Assembly (NCBI GenBank): GCA_026023565.1
Contig: JAPETS010000004.1
Span: 930,001-994,000 of the forward strand
Source: Cirrosporium novae-zelandiae
Taxonomy: Eukaryota
Direction: 5' to 3'
Length of the DNA stretch: 64,000 nt
Positions 54,325 to 64,000 of the stretch are shown one piece after another. Under the pieces are notes generated by a model that was not told the DNA's origin, did not search any database, and saw only the letters and a program-made list of their open reading frames with translations. Within the stretch, counting starts at the first letter, position 1. Every line of letters begins with the position of its first letter. Both the position numbers and the translations under genes were made by a program.

Positions 54325-56054
54325 ATGGGAACCCAAGAACAGTCAACTACCAATGATCCAGTGCTAGAATCCGATTCCAAGGTTAATCCCGACCTGGCTT
54401 GCGCAGCCACAGAACTTGGGATAAAAACTGGCCAGGTTGCAGAATTAAAAGGCGCGGATGCGGTTCTAGTTTATGCCAGCGCAACAGCGATTGATATAGA
54501 TCCCGAGACAGATAAACGACTGCTCCGGAAGATTGATCTTCATGTTCTTCCTTGGCTTTGTGTTTTATATATTCTACAATATCTCGACAAAGGGGTGTAA
54601 GTTTTTACCGTTGTTATACAATACCACTGTCGTACAGGATAAAAAAGAAGATATCCCTGATAGAATGATGATAGTCTTACCTATTCAGGGGTTATGGGCA
54701 TTAAGACGGAGGCTCAAATGAGCAGCAGTCAATACTCTTGGCTCGGTTCCATCTACTACCTTGGCTACATTGTCTCAGTCCCTATCCATAACCGTCTGTT
54801 CCAGCATTTTACACCTTCCAAGTATATCGCTATCAACGTCGCCCTTTGGGGAATGGTTCTTGCCTGCATGGCAGCCTGCAAAGACTGGAAAGGTCTTATG
54901 GTTCAACGTACATTTATTGGAGCCCTGGAGGGCTGTATCAATCCCGGATTTATGCTTGTTACAGCTGCTTGGTACAAGAAATATGAGCATGCAAGTCGAA
55001 CGGGATTATGGAGTGCTTGTACGGGAATTGCGACGATTATAGGTGGACTCATCGCATATGGATGTGTTTCAGGACAGGATAAAAACCCAAACACGGCGCT
55101 CAGCAGCTGGAAAATCCTCGCGCTGTGCACAGGGCTGCTGTCGGTGGTATATGGTTGTTGCATGTGGTATTTTATGGCAGGCTCTGTTGTAACTGCCAAA
55201 TTCTTTAATGAAGAAGAGAGAATATTGGCAGTTGAAAGGCTTCGGAATAACCATCAGGGTGTAGGTTCTCATACCTTCAAGCGCTATCAGGCCAAGGAAG
55301 CTTTTACAGACTATAGGGTTCGTATTTCTCGTCAAAGACGACGCTCTTATTATTAAGTCCAGGAGCACATTTAACTGATTAACCTTAGACTTGGATGTAT
55401 GTCGTCTTTGTTCTCTCCTCTCAAATCCCCGCTGCTGGTCTCGTCCTCCTTCAATCTGTCCTGATTAAGTCTCTGGGCTTCGATAGTAAAACCACCCTTT
55501 TACTAGCAATGCCTACTGGAGCGGTGGGCATCATAAGCAATGTTGGATTTGGCTATCTTGCCGATCGCACAAAACAGCGAAGCCTTGTGGCCATGGTTTG
55601 CGCCCTCCTCACTCTCTTTGCTGTTAGTCTACTGGTCGGTCTTGGTAATGTAGCGCCTCACTATAAAAAGTATGGCCAGCTGATCGCGTACTTCCTAATG
55701 ATCGGAACGAGCGCCACACCATGGTTCATCGTTATTTCTATGATGTCGTCTAACATGCTTGGAACGACAAAAAAGACAACATCATCATCAATTGTGTTCT
55801 GTGCCCTTGCAGTGGCCTATTTCGTAGGCCCCCAAATCTTCCAGGATGGCCCATATTATCCCAAGGCTAAATACGCATCCATTGGGTTATGGGTCTTATC
55901 GATCATCATCCTTTTAGCTTTCTATACCTTGAACCGGTTGGAGAATAGGAGCCGTGAAAAGGCAGTTGGGATGAGGGAGCAAGAGCATGCTGCTGGAATA
56001 GAGTTTATGGATTTAACTGATAGGGAGAATAAGCTCTTTCGTTATGTTTTATAG
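54325..56054 (+). CDS. MFS allantoate permease family (DAL5-like) transporter (3 exons)
   Basis: LLRKIDLHVLP..LQYLDKG, QYSWLGSIYYLGY, WYKKYEHASRTGLW, GTTKK, VGPQIF, DLTDRENKLFRYVL. Confidence 0.9.
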
Positions 56055-56869
56055 GACTAGAATTAATAGTTGAAGTTGATCTGTTCATCAGCTGGATAGT
56101 TATTATGGTATCATCTGCCGATAAGGGAGGTTGGGGGGTGGTTGGAGTGAGGGGCGGCAATGGATGTTGGGTAATGGGTAGCTACTAACTAGTTAATAGG
56201 TGATAAATGGGGTGAATTAAAATAAGTAGCCGCTTACTCCGCTCACTCTGATGACCAGGCTTACCAGGCTCGCCAGGCACTGCCAGGGTTCGGCCCGTTC
56301 TCAGGGCACTTTCTTTGAAGAGCTTAGGATCTTTCTTCTCAAGTGTTGTTGAGTGGTAAGGAAGGCAGTGAAGAAAGTAAAGTAAGAAGGATGAGGGAGT
56401 TTGAATAGTTCGGAACAGGTTTGAAGTTTGTTCGGGCATCACGAGAGTTAATTCAACAATTAGAATCATTCGTTTAGGTTGATTGCCTCATAGAATTTCG
56501 ACATTTTGATCATAGTTGGGATAAGCTGGGAACGTGTCAAGCTTGAAATGGTCACTGGCTCTGAATTGTGTGGAGATTAATATCTTAGCGGATTAGAGCC
56601 AAGGGCGCCCAAAGGCACCCCGAAAGCAACGCTATTTTCCCGTGGTATTCACACCGTATATTCCCACCCATCATTGACCATCCAGACCCCATTGGAACGA
56701 TTCAGCAGTGCCACTGAGTCCACCGAGACCCTCCTGCATCAGCACTCACTAGTGCTTGCGATGAGTACCTGAATCCAACCACCATTAAGAAGAATGGTTA
56801 ACACAAAGTTTGCGAACAGAGTTACATACATTCACCATCTGGGATGACCTTACGCCCCTCAAGAACACC

Positions 56870-57770
56870 ATGATTGTATCTCCATCCACCACTATTTCCA
56901 TCAGAGACAGTCTGTTGTCTGCTGTCTCCAATATTTTTGGCATCTTCACCTTTTCTTTTGCCATAGTCCTTGGCGTATTGCTCTATATGAGAGATGTCGG
57001 GGATGGTACCAAAGATATTGTGAATATATATGCCACCTTGCTATCAGACCTCCAAGAATTGGAATCTTTTAGAGATAAATACTATGTCACCAATTCACGT
57101 GGTGAGAGCGACTTGCTAGAGAAGGCTGGAAGTCATGCGCAACAAGCTGGGAAGCACATTGAACTTCTCCTGCGCGAACTCACGCGGATGGGATTCAACG
57201 ATGATTGCAAAAACGAGGCACCGTGGTGGAACACAGCAATGTTCTTCAGATTGAAGAGAGAGGCCTTTCAAAAGGAAATGACCACCCAAGAGAGAATGAT
57301 GGAAAGGTTTCGAGGTTGCGTACAGGCTCTGAACAATCGGTTTGAAATCCCTCCTACACATCCATAACCTAGGCTATTTAATTGGCTAATCATCAAAAAA
57401 CATCAGCGAACAAGACGCCAACCGCGAACTCCTCGAACGAAACAACAAACTCCTACTCGAAATCGTAGCGCGGCTTCGAAGACTAGAGGAAAATCAGCAG
57501 CAGCCTGAAGGACCTCCAGAGTACGCGAGCCCAACCTCAACCTCAGCCAGAGTTCTCTACCTCAGCACCGCCCCCACACGACCCAGCCTCTTCTCAGAAT
57601 TGGCCCGATTCAGCAAGGCCGGCAGCGAATCCCAGACCCGAAGCATCGACCTCGAGTCCAATTCCTCGGACAACGTTATCGAACCCTTCGGACAGGATAG
57701 ACGTTCCCTTGAATTCGGGCAGGAATGGGATGACCCTGAATACCTGGATCAGTCACTATATCAAGATTGA
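56870..57770 (+). CDS. Hypothetical protein with N-terminal hydrophobic segment and helical domain (2 exons)
   Basis: MIVSPSTTISIRDSLLSAVSNIFGIFTFSFAI..., intron ~57340-57406 with GCTAAT branch, second exon ending YQD* at 57770. Confidence 0.6.
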
Positions 57771-57859
57771 TGATAAGACGACGACCTTTTTTACGATTTC
57801 CTATTTTCCACTTCTACTTTCAAACGCACCCTTTTTTTTTTTAACCATCTCCTCCAGAT

Positions 57860-57987
57860 TTTTGAGTCTACCACTGAACTGAACCTCACTGCTGACCGAG
57901 TAAAATCCACCTTGAAAAGCTGGTTCTATCCCCTGCGCCAAGTGGACTTACTCGAGGCGCGGTGTTGGTTAAAAGTCCGACTCGGAA
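57860..57987 (+). other. Long imperfect inverted repeat (candidate structured RNA hairpin) downstream of the 56870-57770 gene
   Basis: Nested complementary blocks: GAGTC/GACTC, AACC/GGTT, CACTGC/GCGGTG, CGAGTAA/TTACTCG, TCCAC/GTGGA, TTG/CAA. Confidence 0.5.
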
Positions 57988-58671
57988 TATATCATCATCA
58001 ATGAAGAAGATAACGAAAATTCAACCCGAAAGCGATTACATACACAACACAATATACGCTCAATACGAAGGATCTCTCCACAATTTCCACCGATACCCAA
58101 AAAAAATTCATGATTCTTCAATTTCTCCCCACCCCCATTTCATTTCCGGCGCTTTTTTTGGAAAGAAAGAAAGCACACCTCATTTTGATACCCCCCACAG
58201 GCGGCAGCAGTTAGCAAAAAAAAACCCTCAATTGCGTTTGTATTACCACTTTTTTTTACACACACACACAACATCTCTCTCTTTTTTCATTTGTTTTAAA
58301 TGATGATGCTTGAATGATGGAAAGATGATATAGCAGGCACATTTCACTTACTTGGCGATTTGGCTTGTCATGATTTATATTGATATGAACTTTGAAGAAG
58401 GAGGGAGTTGGATTTATGAGGGATGAGGGATGGAGGAAATGAATCCCCTCCGTGGTAGGTTCACTTGATCGCAGATTCCTATATTATATCATATATCATA
58501 TCATCCGTATCTAGATAAGAAGCCACAAGAAGACTTAATATGATATAAAACTCATACCCCCAAAAATATATACACTCAAAAAAAAAGACTTTTTCCTCTC
58601 CACGCTCACAGTTTATGAAAAAAAAAAAAGGGTTATAAGTAGTTCTTAATTACAAACCATGCTTATTAAAC

Positions 58672-61434
58672 TTAGCCCACAAACTCCCCTCGAACTAAAG
58701 TCTCCCATCCCCTCCCTTCCTCCCAAACCCTCTCCATCAACCTCCTCGCACTCCTGACCTGTCTCATCCCCACCCCTTCCAATCCCTTAACCCTTCTCAT
58801 AATCTCCCCCCTGACGTCATCCGCCAGCGCTTCGCACCCCGCCGTAAACATCGGGAACAGTAAACACGCCTCCGCCGTTCCTCCTTCCCGGACCATTCCT
58901 AACGCCTTTACGATTTCGCCTACAGCGTTTTGGACCGAGGGATGAGAGGCGGGTTTCCCGAGGACACGGCGTTCGAGATGGATTAGGCCCGCTTGGTGGT
59001 AGGCCTCGTTTGTGGCGGCCATTTCCAGGGCGTCAAAGTCGAAGTCTAGGCGGGGGTCTGAGGTTGAGGAGGCAGGGGATGTGGCGGGGGTGGGGGAGGC
59101 GTAATTGTTGTTGTTCTGGGGGCGGTGGGGACATCCGCGGAAAACTCGCGTGCGTGCATGTTGTAAGTGAGTGCGGAGTTCGGCTGCTTGGGAGATGGTG
59201 AGGGGGGAGGGGTGCCAGTCTGGGCGGGGGTTCCCATGCGCGTCAATGCGTTGAGCGTCGGATTGGCGGGCTAGTTCTGCAATCTGGGCTAGGATCGTAA
59301 TGCAGCGGGATGTGAAGCCTAGGACGCAGTCGACTTCGTAGTCAGGATCGTCATCGTCGATGTTGATGTTGGTTGTTTCCGTGTTGTTGTTAGGGTTGTT
59401 GATCGCCCAGTAGTTGCTGCTGACGAGGGGTTGGTCATTTTTTCCACCTGATAGACTTCCCAGGACGTCAAGATAGGCGAACCAACGGGATAGGAAATAG
59501 GGAACTTTGTCCTGACGGCGGATCGAGCGGGCACCACCACGAGCAATAATCATACGACGAGCAAACTCCAGATGGTGCTGCCACGGGACTGGAACCTCAA
59601 AGGTATTCGGAGAAATTATTTCAAGAGATGCTAACATGATGGCGGCTGCTAGGGTGGCATTGGATATCTGCTCACTTGGAGATGCAAGTGCGTGGCGTAA
59701 AGTCGGAAAGACATCTCGAACCCAATGTGCAATGCGGTTGGATGGTTCTTTATGATTCAAAAGGCGTGCTCGGTGACTGGCAGAGTATGCTAGGAGAAGG
59801 TTAAGAAGGTGGTTATTTTCGACGGCCACTGCAGAAGTCAGTTCTAAAAGCCTGTAAATTCTAGTAGGGGACTGACTCTGAGGTAAGATTGTTTTGAAAG
59901 GGTTTTCTGGGCAATCATGAGGGACTAGTATTCGAGCTGTATGGTTAAGAAAATGGTGAAAGTACAATAAATTCATTGGATTTTCGAGTAAAGGGGTTGG
60001 CAAGGGTTCCAAGGATTTTGGTATTTTGACTGGTACTGGCTTGGCATAATACCCATCCTTCTTGAATGCAGTTTTTCTTGGTCTCAAGCCAAACCCGAAT
60101 TCATAAAAGTCTGCGTCGAAATCATTATGTTCAACCGCATCCAAGGTCGCACGAAGTTCTTGTGGCGTCTCACCACTAATGGCTGCAGAATCGTTATTTT
60201 GCGGAATATCTCGATCGGGAAATCCTCGGTCTAGTCCATATGTTTCAGTATCATAAGTACTACTTCGACTGGGAGTGCTTGCAACTGTTTGCGACCTTTC
60301 ATCAAGTTCCGGGGGTCCTGATAATAGAGAATTCACGGATAGGCGTCGAGGATCTGGAGAGTCACGATATGCAGCTGAACCCAACGTTTTAGCAGAAAGA
60401 CGTCGTTGGATATCATCAGGTGTTCCCGAAGATGCGGTTGGGGTGAGAGGATTGCTCAGGAGAGAAAAATGTGGACTGTGTCTAGGGGCTGGATTGGCTA
60501 GTTCAGATGAAGGTGAAAGTCTAATGCGCTTGGATCGATGTTCAGATGGCGGAGAATTTCCTTCGGGATATGTAGATGGTCTAGTGGCAGCAATTTGGTT
60601 GAGGCTTTGGTAAGGGGGAAGCATCTGACCCGAATTATTCATGGAAACTGGAAGATCTTTCGTACTATAAGATATACGAGAAGATTGAAGATCGCCAGGC
60701 CGAGGTGGGGATGGATATGCTTCAGGGCTCTGATGATCATAGAAGCTTGAAAATGGTGATCCAGATTGATGTGGGGTATGATTCTTCAAATTTTCCGACT
60801 TTTGAGTTTCTGCTGGGTTAAATTTATTGTTGTCTTGCCAGGAACTCTGCGTATCAGAGAAGGAAGGCCAAAATGGGCGTGACTGCGATCCTGTCATCGC
60901 TGTCAAAGCTGGATCCAGTGCTGCCTGGGTAGCACCAGATCCATTAGAGAATCCCATGTCTGAGGTATTGCGGGTACTAAATGTTATTTTAGAATCCCCT
61001 TGGATGTTCCCATTACTTCTTTCTATGAAACGACCTTGGTCTATTGACCTATCATCTGCGAAAGACGTGGTTTGTGTGTTTGGCTTGTTATTTTCTGTAC
61101 TTTTCGCCGTTCCAAGAGAAAGCACTCTCGCCCCCGGCACATTAGGTATTTGAGATGTCCCGGATGGGTTTACATTATTATCGGATTTTTTCTTGGCTCG
61201 GCCTTCCCAGTTGAGCCGGATGCTGTAATCGCAGGTCTCGCCCTGCCGTTCACAATTTAGACATTTTGGTTTTTCTTCTCCACTATCCAATGCCAGAATT
61301 AGCACATCTATCCATTTTTCGATCTTTTAGATGGGGAGCGCATACCATTTGACCTTGCGAGCTTTACAGGGCCAACATCCATTGCGACTACGCTTCTTAG
61401 GCTCCGGCCCGCCAACCTTCTTTGGACGAGGCAT
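58672..61434 (-). CDS. Zn(II)2Cys6 transcription factor with C-terminal Fungal_trans_2-type domain (Acr-2-like)
   Basis: MPRPKKVGGPEPKKRSRNGCWPCKARKVK|CGEEKPKCLNCERQGETCDYSIRLNWEGR, LLYFHHFLNHTARILVPHDC, WFAYLDVLGSLS, LLFPMFTAGCE. Introns at ~61351-61284 and 59876-59829. The Acr-2 resemblance is from memory. Confidence 0.88.
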
Positions 61435-62863
61435 TGTCACAAATTGTGGATGCTAGGATTTGAGAATTGTATACAGAGTATTTATCTTAAAATTAATCAG
61501 AATTGAGAAGGTGAAGTCGTCCGGATTTCATGGTGGCGCATTCCAGCAGCCAATAGCAAGCTCGTAACTTTGTAATTGTGTATATGTTCACGTCAATAGA
61601 CCAGGCTCCGGAGAGCTGCAGAGATCTTCAGGCCTTTTTCGTCGGTATAAGCACATGGCATGAGTCTCTCCGATGAATGAATTAACAAAAGAAGAGAGGG
61701 AGTAATATAACCTCTTTTATTATTTTTGTCGAGTCGTGGAAATTTGAACTGGGGTAAAATGAAAGAAGGATCTCGGATGGATTGGATGGATTGGATGGGG
61801 ACTTTAGGACTCATCTTTTTGGTCCTTGGGAACTTTTTTTTGGGGGGGGGGGGGGGGGGGGGGATGGATTGAGATTGATTGGGCGATAAGCTGTCCAGGT
61901 CCATCTACTAAAAAGTAGTGCGGAGGAGAATGAGAGAAGCGGGGATACCAAACAATAATTATCTAATTGAGACAAACATATACTTGGGAGATATATGGAT
62001 TGAAAAAATAGTCAATAATAATAATTGGAATTGATAGCTTCTGCTTTCTTGTAGAATATCCATATTCATCATGGAATTGATATGTACCTAGGTATCTATA
62101 TAATATACACCATGATGACGACTACCTGGGTGTCACGTGTGTCATGTATGTCACGTGGATGATTGACTTATCTATTTGAAATGTTGGGAGTTGGGATGCT
62201 GGATGCTGGCAGCTGGGAAATTCTCTTGAACTTGGAACGAGAACGGAACTTCCTACGTGCCTCCGACAACGCCGACAATAATTACCGACAATCCCGAAGT
62301 TACTTTCAACTTTACCAAGTACAAAGTAATTACAAAGTAATTACAAAGAATTCATGACGTATATTCCCCTCCTACCGCTTGCTAACCAACCTATTTTGTA
62401 GTGGGGCGTATCAAGAATGTGTTTGTACCTCAACACCACCTCTAGATGAATAGGTCTGTAGCTCATATTAAGCTGACTATGCTAGACCATCTAGACTAAT
62501 TAGAATGAGCTACACCATAATCAATTTTCGCTTCTTTTCTTTGGCATTTTCAAATTCAGCCTGATCCGACATATATTGATCCAATATCCTCCGCATTAAA
62601 GAAGAATTGGGTTATGCGTTCATATCCATGCATACATGTCATCCAGCACTCGGAAGAAACAACCGGGAGAGTAAAGAAAACATTAAGATTTTTAGCGTAT
62701 ATTTGTATGAAGATGTAAAAATGGTCGTAATGTTCATAGATCATCAAATATTCGTAAGGAGCGATTAATTTTCAACATTACGACAGAGATTGTGGGGTAT
62801 GTATATCAAATCGCAGCATTTCAATCAACTCCTGATAAATCTGACCAAACTGAAAAAAAATGA

Positions 62864-64000
62864 TCAAGTAAACAACATTATAAAGATCAGGCCGATTACC
62901 AGACTACCGAGAGAGAACCTAGATGTAGGACTTAACGCGTGTCCAGCCGATGTGGACGTTGATGTTGGTGCTGTCACTGTCACTGTCCTGATCGAGGGTG
63001 TTTTTGTGCTGCTGCTAGTCTTTGTTTTTGTAGTCTTTCTAGTGGTAGAACTAGAACTAGAGCTGACAGGAACCTCCGCGGTGATAACGGTGGTTTGACC
63101 ATTTGGTAAAGTGAAGGTGAATGCCTTTGTAGTTGAGCTGGCAACCGGGACTACCGTGGTTCCAGTTGTCTTTGAACCGTTTGGAAGGGTGCTTGTAAAA
63201 ATAGACGTCGTCGAGCTTTTGATCGGAAAGACTGTTGTACCAGTGGTCTTAGATCCATTTGGCAATGTACTTGTAAAAACGGAAGTGGTTGAAGCTTCCA
63301 CAGGGAAAACAGTCGTACCAGTGGTCTTAGATCCATTTGGTAGGGTACTGGTAAAAACCGAAGTTGTTGAAGCTTCCGCAGGGAAAATAGTCGTACCAGT
63401 TGTTTTTGAACCATTTGGTAGGGTACTGGTAAAAACAGAAGTTGTTGAGCTCGTGGGATTACTAGCTGGAATAACAGTACTTATTACAGTCTGCGAGCCA
63501 TTCGGCAAAGTGCTGGTGAAAACGGAGGTAATGGAGCCTGTGGAAACTGGTACAACAGTACTAATTACAGTAGGGGAGCCATTTGCCAACGTGCTTGTTA
63601 TGAAAGAGGTTATGCTCGAAGGGGTCCCAGTAAGGCTGACTGGGATGATAGTACTGATTGTCGTCGGTGAGCCATTTGCTAAGGTGCTTGTGATGATCGA
63701 TGTGATGCTGGTAAGAGAACCTGTGTTTGCGAGAGATCCACCGGTAGAGGTCACGCTTGATCCACCGTTGCCTTCTGCAGGCGACGTTGTTTGTGCTTGT
63801 GAGGTAGCCTGAGAAGTTGTCGCCCGAGTGCCGCTTGCAGGAGTAGTGTTCGTGGTTCTAGAAGTATCCGTAGTGGTTGTAGCTGAAGTCTTCTTCTTTG
63901 TGGTGCTGGTAGCTGTTGCTGTGGTGACTTCTGATGCCAGGGTTCCACTGGAACCACAATAGTCCAAATACTGTTGAAATTTTGGCTCAAGTACTTGGGT
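62864..64000 (-). CDS. GPI-anchored Ser/Thr-rich cell-wall protein with internal tandem repeats; 5' end lies outside the window
   Basis: Open frame to the window edge, S/T-rich, repeated TSTLPNGSKTTGTT units, GPI-like hydrophobic end (LGSLVIGLIFIMLFT*). Confidence 0.8.
   Translation of the reverse strand, partial: TQVLEPKFQQYLDYCGSSGTLASEVTTATATSTTKKKTSATTTTDTSRTTNTTPASGTRATTSQATSQAQTTSPAEGNGGSSVTSTGGSLANTGSLTSITSIITSTLANGSPTTISTIIPVSLTGTPSSITSFITSTLANGSPTVISTVVPVSTGSITSVFTSTLPNGSQTVISTVIPASNPTSSTTSVFTSTLPNGSKTTGTTIFPAEASTTSVFTSTLPNGSKTTGTTVFPVEASTTSVFTSTLPNGSKTTGTTVFPIKSSTTSIFTSTLPNGSKTTGTTVVPVASSTTKAFTFTLPNGQTTVITAEVPVSSSSSSTTRKTTKTKTSSSTKTPSIRTVTVTAPTSTSTSAGHALSPTSRFSLGSLVIGLIFIMLFT
63070..63720 (-). 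repeat. 78-bp (26-aa) coding tandem repeat, 5 regular units plus 3 degenerate units
   Basis: CCATTTGG/CCGTTTGG anchors at 63099, 63177, 63255, 63333 and 63411 (period 78). Degenerate units at ~63498, ~63579 and ~63672. Confidence 0.9.

Noticed and set aside
61842..61863. Long G homopolymers (also at ~27541 and ~40657) as G-quadruplex elements
   Set aside because: Simple homopolymers are common here, their lengths are assembly-sensitive, and nothing else supports a function.

Overview
A eukaryotic window from a filamentous ascomycete (Pezizomycotina-type), with short GT-AG introns carrying CTRAY branch sites and the standard genetic code. It holds about 25 intact protein-coding genes. Housekeeping genes: RPT4, enolase, eIF3j, ILM1-like, GH47 alpha-1,2-mannosidase, FCF1, ERG9, COX10. 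Regulators and transporters: two Zn2Cys6 transcription factors and two MFS transporters. Others: a 2OG-Fe(II) oxygenase, an M20 peptidase, a peroxisomal thioesterase, a HAD hydrolase, a VOC/glyoxalase protein, several cell-surface proteins (CFEM-GPI, CSI2-like, Cys-rich Mid2-like, a 78-bp-repeat GPI protein) and some orphans. I recognised no tRNA, rRNA, CRISPR array or intact transposon. The most notable observations are: (1) a pseudogene with an in-frame stop, a frameshift and probably a missing 5' part, carrying a PD-(D/E)xK-like (DUF3883/NOV_C-type) C-terminal domain; (2) a DUF3176-like gene with two in-frame stops; (3) an apparent two-promoter, 5'UTR-intron layout at enolase; (4) a ~130-nt imperfect hairpin with G-U pairs in a 3' region; (5) a possible dual-start, mitochondrially targeted HAD phosphatase. 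I cannot support a clearly new multi-gene system from sequence alone. All family names come from motif recognition, not from database searches.
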